Part shown: positions 36,607-51,800 of the stretch, piece by piece | Numbering within the stretch: position 1 is the first letter of the stretch | How the letters are laid out: every line of letters begins with the position of its first letter | NCBI GenBank assembly: GCA_002269645.1 | Contig: NIVC01000741.1 | Span: 1 to 64,000, forward strand | Source of the DNA: Macrostomum lignano | Taxonomy: Eukaryota | Direction: 5' to 3' | Length of the DNA stretch: 64,000 bases | Translations under genes and position numbers: made by a program | The notes under the pieces: generated by a model | Seen by the model: only the letters and a program-made list of their open reading frames with translations | Told to the model about the DNA's origin: nothing | Database searches by the model: none

Positions 36607-36807
36607 GGTTCCGGACTGGCTGGCTGGCAGATGATGGCCCTGTGCGAATCGCGATGCGGCATGAATGCCACCGTTTTTGGGAGACAGGAGGGTGTTATCG
36701 GTTTACAGATTTGGCTCATCTATTCAGGCAGTAAACTCTACTGATACGCGCTTAGTGACGACAGAAAAGAGATTTGTGGTCAGGGAAAGACAGCGACAGA
36801 TACATAA

Positions 36808-37986
<1,179 letters not shown>

Positions 37987-38131
37987 CAAAAAGCTGTCAA
38001 AGAGACGTAACAATAACAGAGAATTCTCGGTAGAATCGAAGAACGAGTAAAAAAGAATAAGGCAAAAATTGCAGCCGTTAAGCAAGGATACACAATAAGG
38101 CTTGTATTTCGTTGCAACCCGGATACAAGCA

Positions 38132-38137
38132 TTTATT
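38132..38137 (-). terminator. Candidate AATAAA poly(A) signal of TREX-b, in the spacer between inverted microsatellite blocks
   Basis: AATAAA on the minus strand in the AT-rich spacer 37987-38466. Confidence 0.4.
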
Positions 38138-38466
38138 AAAATGTAAAATTCAAGCAACTTCCTCGATTTAATAATATAAAAATTTAATTTTTATAATGCA
38201 TGAATTTTTAATTTTAATTAATTAATTTTAATTTTTATAATAAAAATTTAAATTTAATAATGCATTTTCAGAGAAATAAAATTATCTGTAAACAATTGCG
38301 GTTTAAGCTGCGAGTCCGAAGTTAATCCGATGATTTTTTGTTATAAAATGCACAAGAGAAGACAAGCCTAGTAAGCAAAGAAACGTTTTGGAAAAATAGA
38401 ACATTAAAATCTGGGCAACTGATGCTGCGGAAAGCCCCTGATGCCGGGACCCGACTGAATTTAAAG

Positions 38467-39345
<879 letters not shown>

Positions 39346-39395
39346 TGTTGTCTCCCAAACAACTAAAAGTGGCGCGGTCTCAGCCCCGGCCGCCG

Positions 39396-39796
39396 TCAAT
39401 TAGCAGCCGCAGAGGAGGCGGCGGCCGCTGCGTCCTCGACATGCAGCTTGGCGGGCGCCACGGTCTCGAAGGGCGCCGCCGCGGCCTCCAGCAGTGGCAG
39501 GCAGTCGGGAAGGCGGAACAGCAGCAGCCGCAGCAGGGCTTCGCAGTCGCCGAGGCCGCTGTGACTACCAGGCGGCTCCTCGCCGCTGAATGCCTGGCTG
39601 TACAGCTGCTGCAGGCTGAACCTCACCTGCGGCTTGCCTTGCTTTAGGGGCTCGGCGAACCTGGTGGAAGCAGATTGGTTGGTGTGCTCGGTGTAAGTTG
39701 GATGATTAAAATACTCGTAGCAGAGACGGATGGATACTAACCATGCAGACAGACAGACAGGCACAGGTAGAAAGACAGACACTAAGAGATCGAAAT

Positions 39797-39830
<34 letters not shown>

Positions 39831-39840
39831 GCAGACAGGC

Positions 39841-39884
<44 letters not shown>

Positions 39885-40147
39885 GCAGACAGGCACAGAC
39901 AGACACAGACAGATAGACAGACAGACAGACAGACAGACAAGGCAGACAGACAGACAGACAGACAGGCACAGATAGACAGACACAGACAGATAGACAGACA
40001 GACACAGACAGATAGACAGACAGACAGACAGACAGGCAGGCAGGCAGGCAGGCAGGCAGACAGACAGACAGACAGATAGACAGACAGACAAGGCAGACAG
40101 GCAGACAGACAGACAGACAAGGCAGACAGACAGACAGACAGACAGAT

Positions 40148-40220
<73 letters not shown>

Positions 40221-41214
40221 CTGACAGACAGACAGAAACAGCTCAGACTCACAGAGCATCCGCACCCGGCCGCAGCTGCAGCTCCCGAAGCGCAGGCAGC
40301 GAGTCGGAGCACAGCACGCTGCCCAGACACTTTGCCGCGTCAGCCGTGGCGGAGCAGCCGGCGGCGGCAGCCGAGGCCAGCCTGAGCTCAGCCTGGAGCA
40401 GCGGGAAGTCGAACCTGGCCCCATTGTGCGCCACCATCAGCACCGGCTGGTGGAGCCGCCGCACGAAGGCGCCAAGCAGCCGCACGGACGCAGAGTCGAA
40501 AGCCGGCTGAGACCGCAGGCAGGCGCCGTGCAAGCCGGTGATGTTCGCGGCCGAGGGCGTCACCTCGCAGCCGGGGTTGAACAGCAGGCAGAGCCGGTTC
40601 AGCGCCCTGGGCAGCCGGTCGGTGCCGCCGCGGCGCAGCAGGTCGGCCCGGTCGGCGGTCAGCAGAGCCAGCTCGGTGACGCGCGGCTGGTAGAGGCCGG
40701 TGGTCTCCAGGTCCAGCACGGCCAGGGTGCGCCACGCTTGTCGCTGCTGCGGGTGTGGGGAGCCTGACTCTCAAATCTCACCCTTCTTGCCTGACTCACA
40801 CCCGTCATCTCACCTTTCCTGCCTGACTCTCACACCCGTCATCTCACCCTTCCTGCCTGACTGTCACCATGATCTCACCCTTCCTGCCTGACTGTCACCA
40901 TGATCTCACCCTTCCTGCCTGACTGTCACCATGATCTCACCCTTCCTGCCTGACTCTCACACCCGTCATCTCACCCTTCCTGCCTGACTCTCACACCCGT
41001 CATCTCACCCTTCCTGCCTGACTCTCACACCCGTCATCTCACCCTTCCTGCCTGACTGTCACCATGATCTCACCCTTCCTGCCTGACTGTCACCATGATC
41101 TCACCCTTTCTGCCTGACTGTCACCATGATCTCACCCTTCCTGCCTGACTCTAACACTCGTCATAAAAAAGAGGCTGACTCAAACACAAACAAGAACAAG
41201 CTCACTGTCTTCAT
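39396..41214 (-). CDS. TREX-family DEDDh 3'-5' exonuclease, copy b
   Basis: Putative start microexon 41214-41206 (ATG AAG ACA|gtgagc), exon ~40746-40253 (LDLETTGL; AHNGARFDFPLL), exon 39660-39396 (SHSGLGDC). ExoI/II/III motifs are intact. Confidence 0.85.
39745..40237. repeat. (GACA)n/(CAGG)n block in TREX-b intron 2
   Basis: Direct reading. Confidence 0.97.
40762..41152. repeat. 31-34-bp minisatellite CTCACCCTTCCTGCCTGACTGTCACCATGAT
   Basis: TREX-b intron 1. Confidence 0.95.
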
Positions 41215-41829
41215 ACATCTGGGTCAGATGCATAAAAATCTATTAGTAGTAATCAGTAAACAGCAATAATTTAAACTGAATTCATCCATATTTACACTGT
41301 ACACTGTAAATAATATTCATAAGATAATATTCATAATTCTTTATACAACAATCAGAAGCAATCTTCGATAAGAAGGTGGCAGGTAAAATGGTATTATAAT
41401 AAATCATTTTTGCACAAAAGTGCAATAAGCTTGTGGCTAAAAGTTAATAGAAAAATTATGACAACACAAAAGTCTAAGAAGGAAAAGTTTGTTAGATAAA
41501 AATGATTACTTAAATATTAAGCATTGCGCAATGCTAACAAACTATGTGCCTCATACAGATTTAGATTAAAAAGTATATAGGAAAACATAATAAAATGATA
41601 ATGGAAATTAATGGAGTTGACTGCACAAAAGTGCGGTAGTTAAGAAAAAACATCATTAGCATGCAACTCAAAAAGCAATCTGTTAGGTAAAGCAAGGTCA
41701 GTTTTGTGTTCCTAATGTAAAAATGTAATATGTACATTATAGATAAAATCGATAAAAAAGAACAGATAAGGGTCTATGACCTAGAACGAACTCGGGTAAG
41801 AAACCTGAGACTGGTCGTGAAACTGACAC

Positions 41830-43570
41830 TGTAGGAGGCTGACCCAGCAACTGAGGATCTGGGAGGCTGGCTGGCCCAGCAACTGACACTCGGGGAGGCT
41901 GGCCCAGCAACTGAGGATCTGGGAGGCTGGCTGGCCCAGCAACTGACACTCGGGGAGGCTGGCCCAGCAACTGAGGATCTGGAAGGCTGGCCCAGCAACT
42001 GAGGATCTGGGAGGCTGGCTGGCCCAGCAACTGACACTCGGGGAGGCTGGCCCAGCAACTGAGGATCTGGGAGGCTGGCTGGCCCAGCAACTGACACTCG
42101 GGGAGGCTGGCCCAGCAACTGAGGATCTGGAAGGCTGGCCCAGCAACTGAGGATCTGGGAGGCTGGCTGGCCCAGCAACTGACACTCGGGGAGGCTGGCC
42201 CAGCAACTGAGGATCTGGAAGGCTGGCCCAGCAACTGAGGATCTGGGAGGCTGGCTGGCCCAGCAACTGACACTCGGGGAGGCTGGCCCAGCAACTGAGG
42301 ATCTGGAAGGCTGGCCCAGCAACTGAGGATCTGCGAAACTGGCTGGCCCAGCAACTGACACTCGGGGAGGCTGGCCCAGCAACTGACACTCGGGGAGGCT
42401 GGCCCAGCAACTGAGGATCTGGGAGGCTGGCCCAGCAACTGAGGATCTGGGAGGCTGGCACAGCAACTGACACTCTGGGAGGCTGGCCCAGCAACTGAGG
42501 TTCTGGGAGGCTGGCCCAGCAACTGAGGATATGGGAGGCTGGCCCAGCAAATGAGGTTCTGGGAGGCTGGCTGGCCCAGCAACTGACACTCGGGGAGGCT
42601 GGCCCAGCAACTGAGGATCTGGGAGGCTGGCACAGCAACTGACACTCTGGGAGGCTGGCCCAGCAACTGAGGATCTGAGAGGCTGGCCCAGCAACTGAGG
42701 TTCTGGGAGGCTGGCCCAGTAACTGAGGATCTGGGAGGCTGGCCCAGCAACTGAGGATATGGGAGGCTGGCCCAGCAAATGAGGTTCTGGGAGGCTGGCT
42801 GGCCCAGCAACTGACACTCGGGGAGGCTGGCCCAGCAACTGAGGTTCTGGGAGGCTGGCCCAGCAACTGAGGATCTGGGAGGCTGGCTGGCCCAGCAACT
42901 GACACTCGGGGAGGCTGGCCCAGCAACTGAGGATCTGGAAGGCTGGCCCAGCAACTGAGGATCTGCGAAACTGGCTGGCCCAGCAACTGACACTCGGGGA
43001 GGCTGGCCCAGCAACTGACACTCGGGGAGGCTGGCCCAGCAACTGAGGATCTGGGAGGCTGGCCCAGCAACTGAGGATCTGGGAGGCTGGCACAGCAACT
43101 GACACTCTGGGAGGCTGGCCCAGCAACTGAGGTTCTGGGAGGCTGGCCCAGCAACTGAGGATATGGGAGGCTGGCCCAGCAAATGAGGTTCTGGGAGGCT
43201 GGCTGGCCCAGCAACTGACACTCGGGGAGGCTGGCCCAGCAACTGAGGATCTGGGAGGCTGGCACAGCAACTGACACTCTGGGAGGCTGGCCCAGCAACT
43301 GAGGATCTGAGAGGCTGGCCCAGCAACTGAGGTTCTGGGAGGCTGGCCCAGTAACTGAGGATCTGGGAGGCTGGCCCAGCAACTGAGGATATGGGAGGCT
43401 GGCCCAGCAAATGAGGTTCTGGGAGGCTGGCTGGCCCAGCAACTGAGGATCTGCGAAACTGGCTGGCCCAGCAACTGACACTCGGGGAGGCTGGCCCAGC
43501 AACTGAGGTTCTGGGAGGCTGGCCCAGCAACTGAGGATATGGGAGGCTGGCCCAGCAACTGAGGATCTGG
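41830..43570. repeat. 28/32-bp minisatellite GGAGGCTGGCCCAGCAACTGAGGATCTG (TREX-a/TREX-b spacer)
   Basis: Direct reading, with longer duplicated blocks. Confidence 0.97.
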
Positions 43571-43615
43571 ATCCAGATAAATAATCCCAGCTATTTGAGA
43601 AAACTCCAGCACCCC

Positions 43616-45336
43616 TCACAGCTTGTAGGGAAAATCGGGCAGCGGCAGCCTCCGCTTAGCAACATATTTGGGAGCCACCGAGTCGAACGGCACGGCCTGC
43701 TGCCGCACCCAGTCCAGACAAGCGGGCAGACGGCAGCTCAGCACCCGCAGTAGGCTGACGCAGTCCTCGATGGCAGAGTGGGCGTCCTCAGGCCGCCAGC
43801 CCGCCAGGCGGAAGTGCAGCTCTGTGAGGCCGCAGCGACTGCCGGGCGGCTCCAGCTTGCGAAACAGAGGAAGGGATTTGCAGCACAGCGGACGAGACTG
43901 CAGGCTGCGGATTTTGTGAGTAGCATGCCGCCTTTTTAGTGAGCAATAAGACTGGACTACTGCATTTAGCAAGTAGTGTGATAGGATTCTTTTGTAAGCG
44001 GTATTTGCGGTTATTTAGTGAGTAGTATGGTGGGCTATTTAGTGAGTAGTATGGTGGGCTATTTAGTAAGTAGTATGGTGGGCTATTTAGTGAGTAGTAT
44101 GGTGGGCTAATTAGTGAGTAGTATGGTGGGCTATTTAGTGAGTAGTATGGTGGGCTATTTAGTGAGTAGTATGGTGGGCTAATTAGTGAGTAGTATGGTG
44201 GGCTATTTAGTAAGTAGTATGGTGGGCTATTTAGTGAGTAGTATGGTGGGCTAATTAGTGAGTAGTATGGTGGGCTATTTAGTGAGTAGTATGGTGGGCT
44301 ATTTAGTGAGTAGTATGTTGGCTATTTAGAGTCTAGTAAAGTGAGCCAATTTAGTAGTATGCAGGTGGGCCATGTGAGTAGTCTAGTGGGCCATTTAAGT
44401 TGGTAGGCTAATTAGTGAGTAGCATGGTAGGCTAATTAGTGAGTAGCATGGTGGGCTAATTAGTGAGTAGCATGGTAGGCTATTCAGTGGGGTAGTATGT
44501 TGGTGGGCTAGGCCAAAGCCTTGTCAAAAAGCGCCGTGACCTCACCTGACCCCCACAGCATTCAGCTCGCTCCTGAGCAGCGGGAAGTCGAACTGCAGCC
44601 CATTGTGCGCCATCAGCACGACGGGAGGCTCCAGCCGGCTCAGGAAGGCGTCAATCAGAGCGGCGGCGTTCCTGTCGAACTCTTTCTGGCGCTCGAGAGC
44701 CACGTTGTCAAGGCGCGTCAGGTCGGCGGCGCCCGGGTGGACTGGCTGCATGGGGTGGAACACCAGGCACAGGCTGTTCATCACGCGGGGAAGCCGCGAC
44801 GCCCTCGGCGGCTGCGAGCTGACGCCAGCAGCGTCTCCGTTGCCATTAGCAACCGGGCTGGCGGAAACAGCGGCCGCCTCAAGCAGGTTGAAGGTGTGCA
44901 CAGCCAGCATGGCGAGCTCCGTGATGCGCTGCCGGCCCTCCATCCCGGTGGTCTCCAGGTCCAGCATCACCAGGGTGCCCGATGCTGCATCGGTGACGGC
45001 TTTTGATGCAGCTGTTGGATATGAAGTTACTGCTGGCTTCTCGTCAGATGCTGGCGCCTTCTGGGCCGCTGCTGGCGCCTCCTGAGCCGCTGCTGACGCC
45101 TCCTGGGCCACTGGAGGCGGCTCACGGACCGCTGGAGGCGGCTCCTGGGCCGCTGGTGGCACCTTCTGGGCCGCTGCTGGCGCCTCCTGGGCCGCTGCTG
45201 GCGCCTCCTGAGCCGCTGCTGGCGCCTCCTGAGCCGCTGCTGGCGCCTCCTGAGCCGCTGCTGGCGCTTCCTGAGCCGCTGCTGGCGCCTCAAGAGTACT
45301 TTTTATTAAGGCGGCGGCAGCGGCTGGCGCAGCCAT
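43616..45336 (-). CDS. TREX-family DEDDh 3'-5' exonuclease, copy a, with N-terminal (EAPAAAQ)n repeat
   Basis: Exons 45336-44546 (LDLETTGM; AHNGLQFDFPLL) and 43904-43616 (AHSAIEDC), joined in phase 2 (AG|C). The exact start codon is uncertain. Confidence 0.88.
44012..44500. repeat. 24-bp minisatellite TAGTGAGTAGTATGGTGGGCTATT
   Basis: TREX-a intron. Confidence 0.95.
45060..45292 (-). repeat. Coding 21-bp repeat (EAPAAAQ)n in TREX-a
   Basis: In frame, upstream of the ExoI motif. Confidence 0.9.
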
Positions 45337-45573
45337 GAACAAAGGCAAAGTGACATATGCTGCTTTTAGCCAAAATTAAAAAGAATATGCTGTTTTAAAA
45401 CTAAGACTAATCGCAGACAAAGACTTAAAGGAGATAAACAGTAAACACAGCTTTGACAAAGACCTATCCATGAGCTTCTGTAGATCCATACTTCAGTGCA
45501 AAGACAAATAAAGATACAAAAATTCGAGATTTACCGCAGAATTTTAACATCAAAATCCAATACTAGCTACTAA

Positions 45574-45579
45574 TTTATT
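45574..45579 (-). terminator. Candidate AATAAA poly(A) signal of the TRAF7-like gene
   Basis: AATAAA on the minus strand ~270 bp after the stop and ~240 bp before the TREX-a ATG. Confidence 0.5.
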
Positions 45580-45849
45580 TAATATGTGAGATCAACAGTA
45601 GTATAAAGCGTCAATTCAAAGCAAGAATAAAGACTTGATTAACAAGGCACAGCGAAAGGCACAGCAGTGAAACGCAACCTAAAAAATATATAAGCAAAAA
45701 TGTAAAAAATGTAAACAGCACCAACCAGTATTGTGGGGAGGCGTTGGTATGTAAAAGTACTTCAGTACTTAGTACAGGAGCACAGGAAAACTCTTTTCTA
45801 ACAGCCATGGATTCAAAGCTTGGACTCCTCAGTAACTAAATTGTGCCCG

Positions 45850-48800
45850 TCAAGGCTGGAAGCGGAACACCTTCATCCAGCCGTCGCCAGAACCGGTGAA
45901 CAGCAGGTCCTGCAGCAGAGAGATCGAAGTCACGCTGTCTCGGTGCCGTTCCGTCTGCTGGAGCAGCACGGCGCCCTCCACCGGCTCGCTGTGTAACTCG
46001 GCTCCGCCCAGGCTGCGATGGCGCGAGTCCAGCAAGCGCCAGATTTGCAGCGAGCCGTTCTGGCAGCCAGCGATGGCGTAGGCGCTGTCCGGTACCCAGG
46101 AGAGGCAGCAGAGACCGGCGCCGCCCGCTATGCAGGCCTGTGGGTGTGCGGTTTGTGGAATTGGTGTGGAGTTGGGGTGGGATTGGTGTGGGGTTGGGGT
46201 GCGATTGGTGTGGGATTAGTGTGGGGCAGGTGTGAGGCAGGTGTGTGGTTGGTGTGGGGAAGGTGTGGGGCAGGTGTGGGGTTGGTGTGGGGCAGGTGTG
46301 GGGTTGGTGAGGGGTTGGTGTGGGGCAGGTGTGGGGTGGGTGTGGGGCAGGTGTGGGGCAGGTGTGGGGTTGGTGTGGGGCAGGTGTGGGGCAGGTGTGG
46401 GGTTGGTGTAGGGCAGGTGTGGGGTTCGTGAGGGGTTGGTGTGGGGCAGGTGTGGGGCAGGTGTGGGGTTGGTGTGGGGTTGGTGTGGGGCAGGTGTGGG
46501 GTTGGTGTGGGGCAGGTGTGGGGTTGGTGTGGGGAAGGTGTGGGGCAGGTGTGGGGTTGGTGTAGGGCAGGTGTGGGGTTGGTGTGGGGTTGGTGTGGGG
46601 CAGGTGTGGGGCAGGTGTGGGGCAGGTGTGGGGCAGGTGTGGGGTTGGTGTGGGGCAGGTGTGGGGTTGGTGTGGGGCAGGTGCGGGGTGGGTGTGGGGC
46701 AGGTGTGGGGTTAGTGTGGGGCAGGTGTGGGGCAGGTGTGGGGCAGGTGTGGGGTGGGTGTGGGGCAGGTGTGGAATCTAAACCCACCTGAAAGCGGCCA
46801 GAGACAGCGCAGAAGAGCCACAGCGACTGTCCGGGCTGGCCGGTGCCAACCAGAATTCGTTCCTCAGTGACAGTCAAGCAGGTGATGTCGGTCAGCAGCT
46901 GGTGGCGGTAGCGCTGATGCCAGGCAGGTAGGTCCTGTTGCAGCGGCGGCTGCTGAGGCGGCTGCTGGCGCACCAGGAACCGGTGCAGCTCCGTCTCGCA
47001 GGCGCACAGCAGGGCGCCGCGCCAGGCGTCGAAAGTCAAGCAGCGAACCGACTGGCGAGGCGTGATGGCCACGGTCTGCAGGTAGCACAGGTTGCTGGAC
47101 TTCCACACCTGCGCAGGAGGGGTGGGGCTTTTAGAGAGCCGCTGGTCACGTGACTGACTGGCACACCGACTCCTATATATAGCAGCAGTGTGCAGAGAGC
47201 CGCTGGTCACGTGACTGACTGGCACACCGACTCCTATATATAGCAGCAGTGTGCAGAGAGCCGCTGGTCACGTGACTGACTGGTACACAGACTCCTATAT
47301 ATAGCAGCAGTGTGCAGAGAGCCGCTGGTCACATGACTGACTGGCACAGACTCCTATATATAGCAGCAGTGTGCAGAGCCGCTGGTCACGTGACTGACTG
47401 GTACACAGACTCCTATATATAGCAGCAGTGTGCAGAGAGCCGCTGGTCACGTGACTGACTGGCACACCGACTCCTATATATAGCAGCAGTGTGCAGAGAG
47501 CCGCTGGTCACGTGACTGACTGGCACACCGACTCCTATATATAGCAGCAGTGTGCAGAGCCGCTGGTCACGTGACTGACTGGTACACAGACTCCTATATA
47601 TAGCAGCAGTGTGTAGAGAGCCGCTGGTCACGTGACTGACTCGCACACCGACTCCTATATATAGCAGCAGTGTGCAGAGAGCCGCTGGTCACATGACTGA
47701 CTGGCACAGCAAGTCATATTATTTTGCAATAATTGCGTAACCATTTTACACTGATTATAAGAAATTCACATCGTTTCTTTTCTTCCTACTCGCTAGTAGG
47801 CGATTTCTGATGCTAATAACTGCAATAACAGAATATATAGATAGAAATAAGGCTAAATCAGCTCGCCTTGAGCTCGCCGCGGCTGCCGCTGAACAGGAGG
47901 CCGCCGGGGCTGGCGGCGACGGCCGTGATGCAGGCTGAGTGGGCGCCCGGCTCCGTCTTGACCCGCTTGATGTCGGTGGCGAAGCGGGCCAGCTGCAGCA
48001 GGCTGCCGTCTCTGCAGCCCACGAACACGTACACTGGCAGGCGGCAGGCGCACACGAAGCTGTCCGAGTACTGCGCATCGCTCAGCCGCTCCACAGCTCT
48101 GGCGTTGCCGGCGTGGCCGGAGCACAGCTGCTGGATGTTCCACGCCACGATGGCTCCGGTGGAGTCTAGCGACACCAGGCGGAACTGTTCCGGAATGAGC
48201 AGCAGAGATACGACCCGGCTGCTGTGCCAGGTGAGGTCCGCCAAGCAGGTGAGGTAGGAGGAGCGGGGATTCTGCGGAGAGAAATTCCAACACAATTTGA
48301 GAACAATAAATGCTATGCTCATCTTTCTTATCGGGACTAAGTTGAACGCATGGAAAAGGCGGTCAAAACTGACACTCACTGCTGGCAAGCCATTCAGCCG
48401 CACCGTCCTCACTGGCATGGAAGGCGACCGGCTGAGAGCGCCTCTTGCTGCCGCCGCCCCAGCCGCTGCTCCTCCGCCCCCGACGACAACTTCGCCGCCG
48501 CCGCCCCCAAAGTCGAAGGCATCGACGCCTCGCCTACAGCGCTCGTTGCCCCCATCAGCAGCAGCAGAGGCAGCAGAGGCAGCATTCGCCGCCGCAACCG
48601 CTGAAACAGCCGACCTTGTCGACGCCGTTCTTGAGGTAGCCCTGGACGGTGCCGATATGGCCGAGGCTGCCGTCACCGCTACTGGTGGCACGGGTGGCGC
48701 TGCCATCAGGCTGGGCTTCGCGTCCGACGCTGCTACGGTTGGCGCTGCGGCTGGCGCAGTCTGAGCTACTGCTGACGCCGCGGAGTCCAGCGCCGCATCA

Positions 48801-51800
48801 AGACAGTCCAGCTGGCTGGTCAGGCAGCTCTCAACGGAGCGCAGCTGCTGCTCCAGGCTGGCCAGGGTGGCGAGGGTCTCCGACTGGCGGACCGACAGGC
48901 CGTCCAAGATTTCCCGTGGAGCGAGCTCTGGAAACAGGTGAAAACGAATCCTGTGATAGTCTATGGTTAGGTTATCGATAGTGTCGGGAGGGTGTGGGTT
49001 AGTCTATGGTTGGTGTGGGGTAGTTTATGGTTGGTGTGGGGTAGTTTATGGTTGGTGTGGGGTAGTTTATGGTTGGTGTGGGGTAGTTTATGGTTGGTGT
49101 GGGATAGTTTATGGTTGGTGTGGGGTAGTTTATGGTTGGTGTGGGGTAGTTTATGGTTGGTGTGGGGTAGTTTATGGTTGGTGTGGGGTAGTCTATGGTT
49201 GGTGTGGGGTAGTCTATGGTTGGTGTGGGGTTTATGGTTGGTGTGGGGTTTATGGTTGGTGTGGGGTAGTTTATGGTTGGTGTGGGGTAGTTTATGGTTG
49301 GTGTGGGGTAGTTTATGGTTGGTGTGGGGTAGTCTTTGGTTGGTGTGGGATAGTTTATGGTTGGTGTGGGATAGTTTATGGTTGGTGTGGGGTAGTTTAT
49401 GGTTGGTGTGGGGTAGTTTATGGTTGGTGTGGGGTAGTTTATGGTTGGTGTATGGTAGTCTATGGTTGGTGTGGGGTAGTTTATGGTTGGTGTGGGGTAG
49501 TTTATGGTTGGTGTGGGGTAGTTTATGGTTGGTGTGGGGTAGTTTATGGTTGGTGTGGGGTAGTTTATGGTTGGTGTGGGGTATTTTATGGTTGGTGTGG
49601 GGTAGTCTTTGATTGGTGTGGGATAGTTTATGGTTGGTGTGGGATAGTTTATGGTTGGTGTGGGGTAGTTTATGGTTGGTGTGGGGTAGTTTATGGTTGG
49701 TGTGGGGTAGTCTTTGGTTGGTGTGGGATAGTTTGTGTTGGTCTATGCCTATGGTTTGATGTGGGATAGCCTATGGTTTGGTGTGGGATAGTTTATGGTT
49801 GGTGTGGGATAGTCTATGGCTGGTGTGGGATAGTCTAAGGTTATCTATGTTTGGTGTGGGATAGTCTAAGGTTATCTATGTTTGGTGTGGGATAGTCTAA
49901 GGTTATCTATGTTCGGTGTGGGATAGTCTATGGCTTAGTGTGGGACAGTCTGCCACTGACCTCTAAAAGCCACCCATCCAGAAAGCACTCACCCAGAAAG
50001 CGGAAGATGCAATCCTGAGCGTGCCGCTGCAAGTCCCGATGGCTGCAGCCCCTGCAGTTGACAGTGTCGAAGGGACACGGCGCCGGACGGAATTCGCAAG
50101 AGGATATGTGCTGCTCCAGATCCACTGCCGAGGTTGGGAAGGACAGGCGAGGAAATCTAGTTTAGAACTGTTAATTTATGATAACCTACTGTTAGTAGTC
50201 TGAAATTTATTTCCGCAATCTAGACTTATGAGCTCCCTAATCCACTGTCACGTGACACGAGAAAAAGCTAGCTACACAGAGCTGTACTCACGCAGCGACA
50301 GCTCGGCATTGCAGCCATTGGGGTCCGCAGTCAGGTCCAGGCTGGCCGGCAGGAACTGCGCCTGCGCCTGCTGGCTGGGCGTCAGCTTGAAATGGTAAAT
50401 GCAGTGCACGAACAGCTCCTCCACCTCCTCGCTGATGTCTCTGACAATGCGTCAAAGATGAATTATAGAATGGTCTATTGGGACTGCGCAAATGACTTTC
50501 CATTTATTGTGTTGTCAGGCAAACCATTTTTTCATGTTTGACACAAACCCAAGGATGCATGACAAATAGTTTAGCTAATACTTGATCAAAATTCTGACAC
50601 ATGCAACATTTTTCTGACGCAAACAGCCGCGATCTGGGTGGCACAAACTACAGGCCAACTGACACAACTACAATCTGTCTGACACAAAATGCAACCTACC
50701 TGATACAATTCACAGCCCAGCTGACACGAACTACAATCTGCCTGGCAACTAAATTTATAATCTGACTGACACAACTACCATCTGTCTGACACCAACTAAA
50801 ATCTGTCTATCACAAAACTACAATCTGCCTGACACCAACTACAATCTGCTTGGTAGAAACTACAATATGCCTGGTACAAGCTACAATCTGACTGAAAGAT
50901 ACTACCAACTGCATGACACAAACTACCATCTTCCTGACACAAACTTGCATTTGCCTGACACACTAGCATTTGGCTGACACAAACTAAAATCTTCCCGACA
51001 CAACAATCTGACTTACACAAACTACCAATTGCTTGAGACAAACAACAATCTATTTGACACAAACTACAATCTGTTTGACACAAACTACAATCTGTTTGAC
51101 ACAAACTACAATCTATTTGACACAAACTACAATCTGTCTGACACAAACTACAATCTATCTGACACAAACTACTATTTGCCTGACACAAACTACAATCTAT
51201 GTAACACAAACTACAATCTATCTGACACAAACTACAATCTGTCTGACACAAACTACTATTTGCCTGACACAAACTACAATCTATCTGACACAAACTACAA
51301 TCTATCTGACACAAACTACAATCTGTCTGACACAAACTACAATCTGTCTGACACAAACTACAATCTGTCTGACACAAACTGAAATCTATCTGACACAAAC
51401 TACTATTTGCCTGACACAAACTACAATCTATCTGACACAAACTACAATCTATCTGACACAAACTACAATCTGTCTGACACAAACTGAAATCTATCTGACA
51501 CAAACTACAATCTATCTGACACAAACTACAATCTGACACAAACTACCATTTGCTACAATCTATCTGACACAAACTACAATCTATCTGACACAAACTACAA
51601 TCTGTTTGACACAAACTACAATCTATCTGACAAACTACAATCTGACACAAACTGAAATCCATCTGACACAAACTGAAATCTATCTGACACAAACTACCAT
51701 CTGACACAAACTGAAATCTATCTGACACAAACTACAATCTGACACAAACTACCATTTGCTACAATCTATCTGACACAAACTACAATCTATCTGACACAAA

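Noticed and set aside
41737-43619. ~600-aa ORFs in all three minus frames
   Set aside because: The array unit simply lacks stops on that strand; openness in all three frames argues against coding selection.
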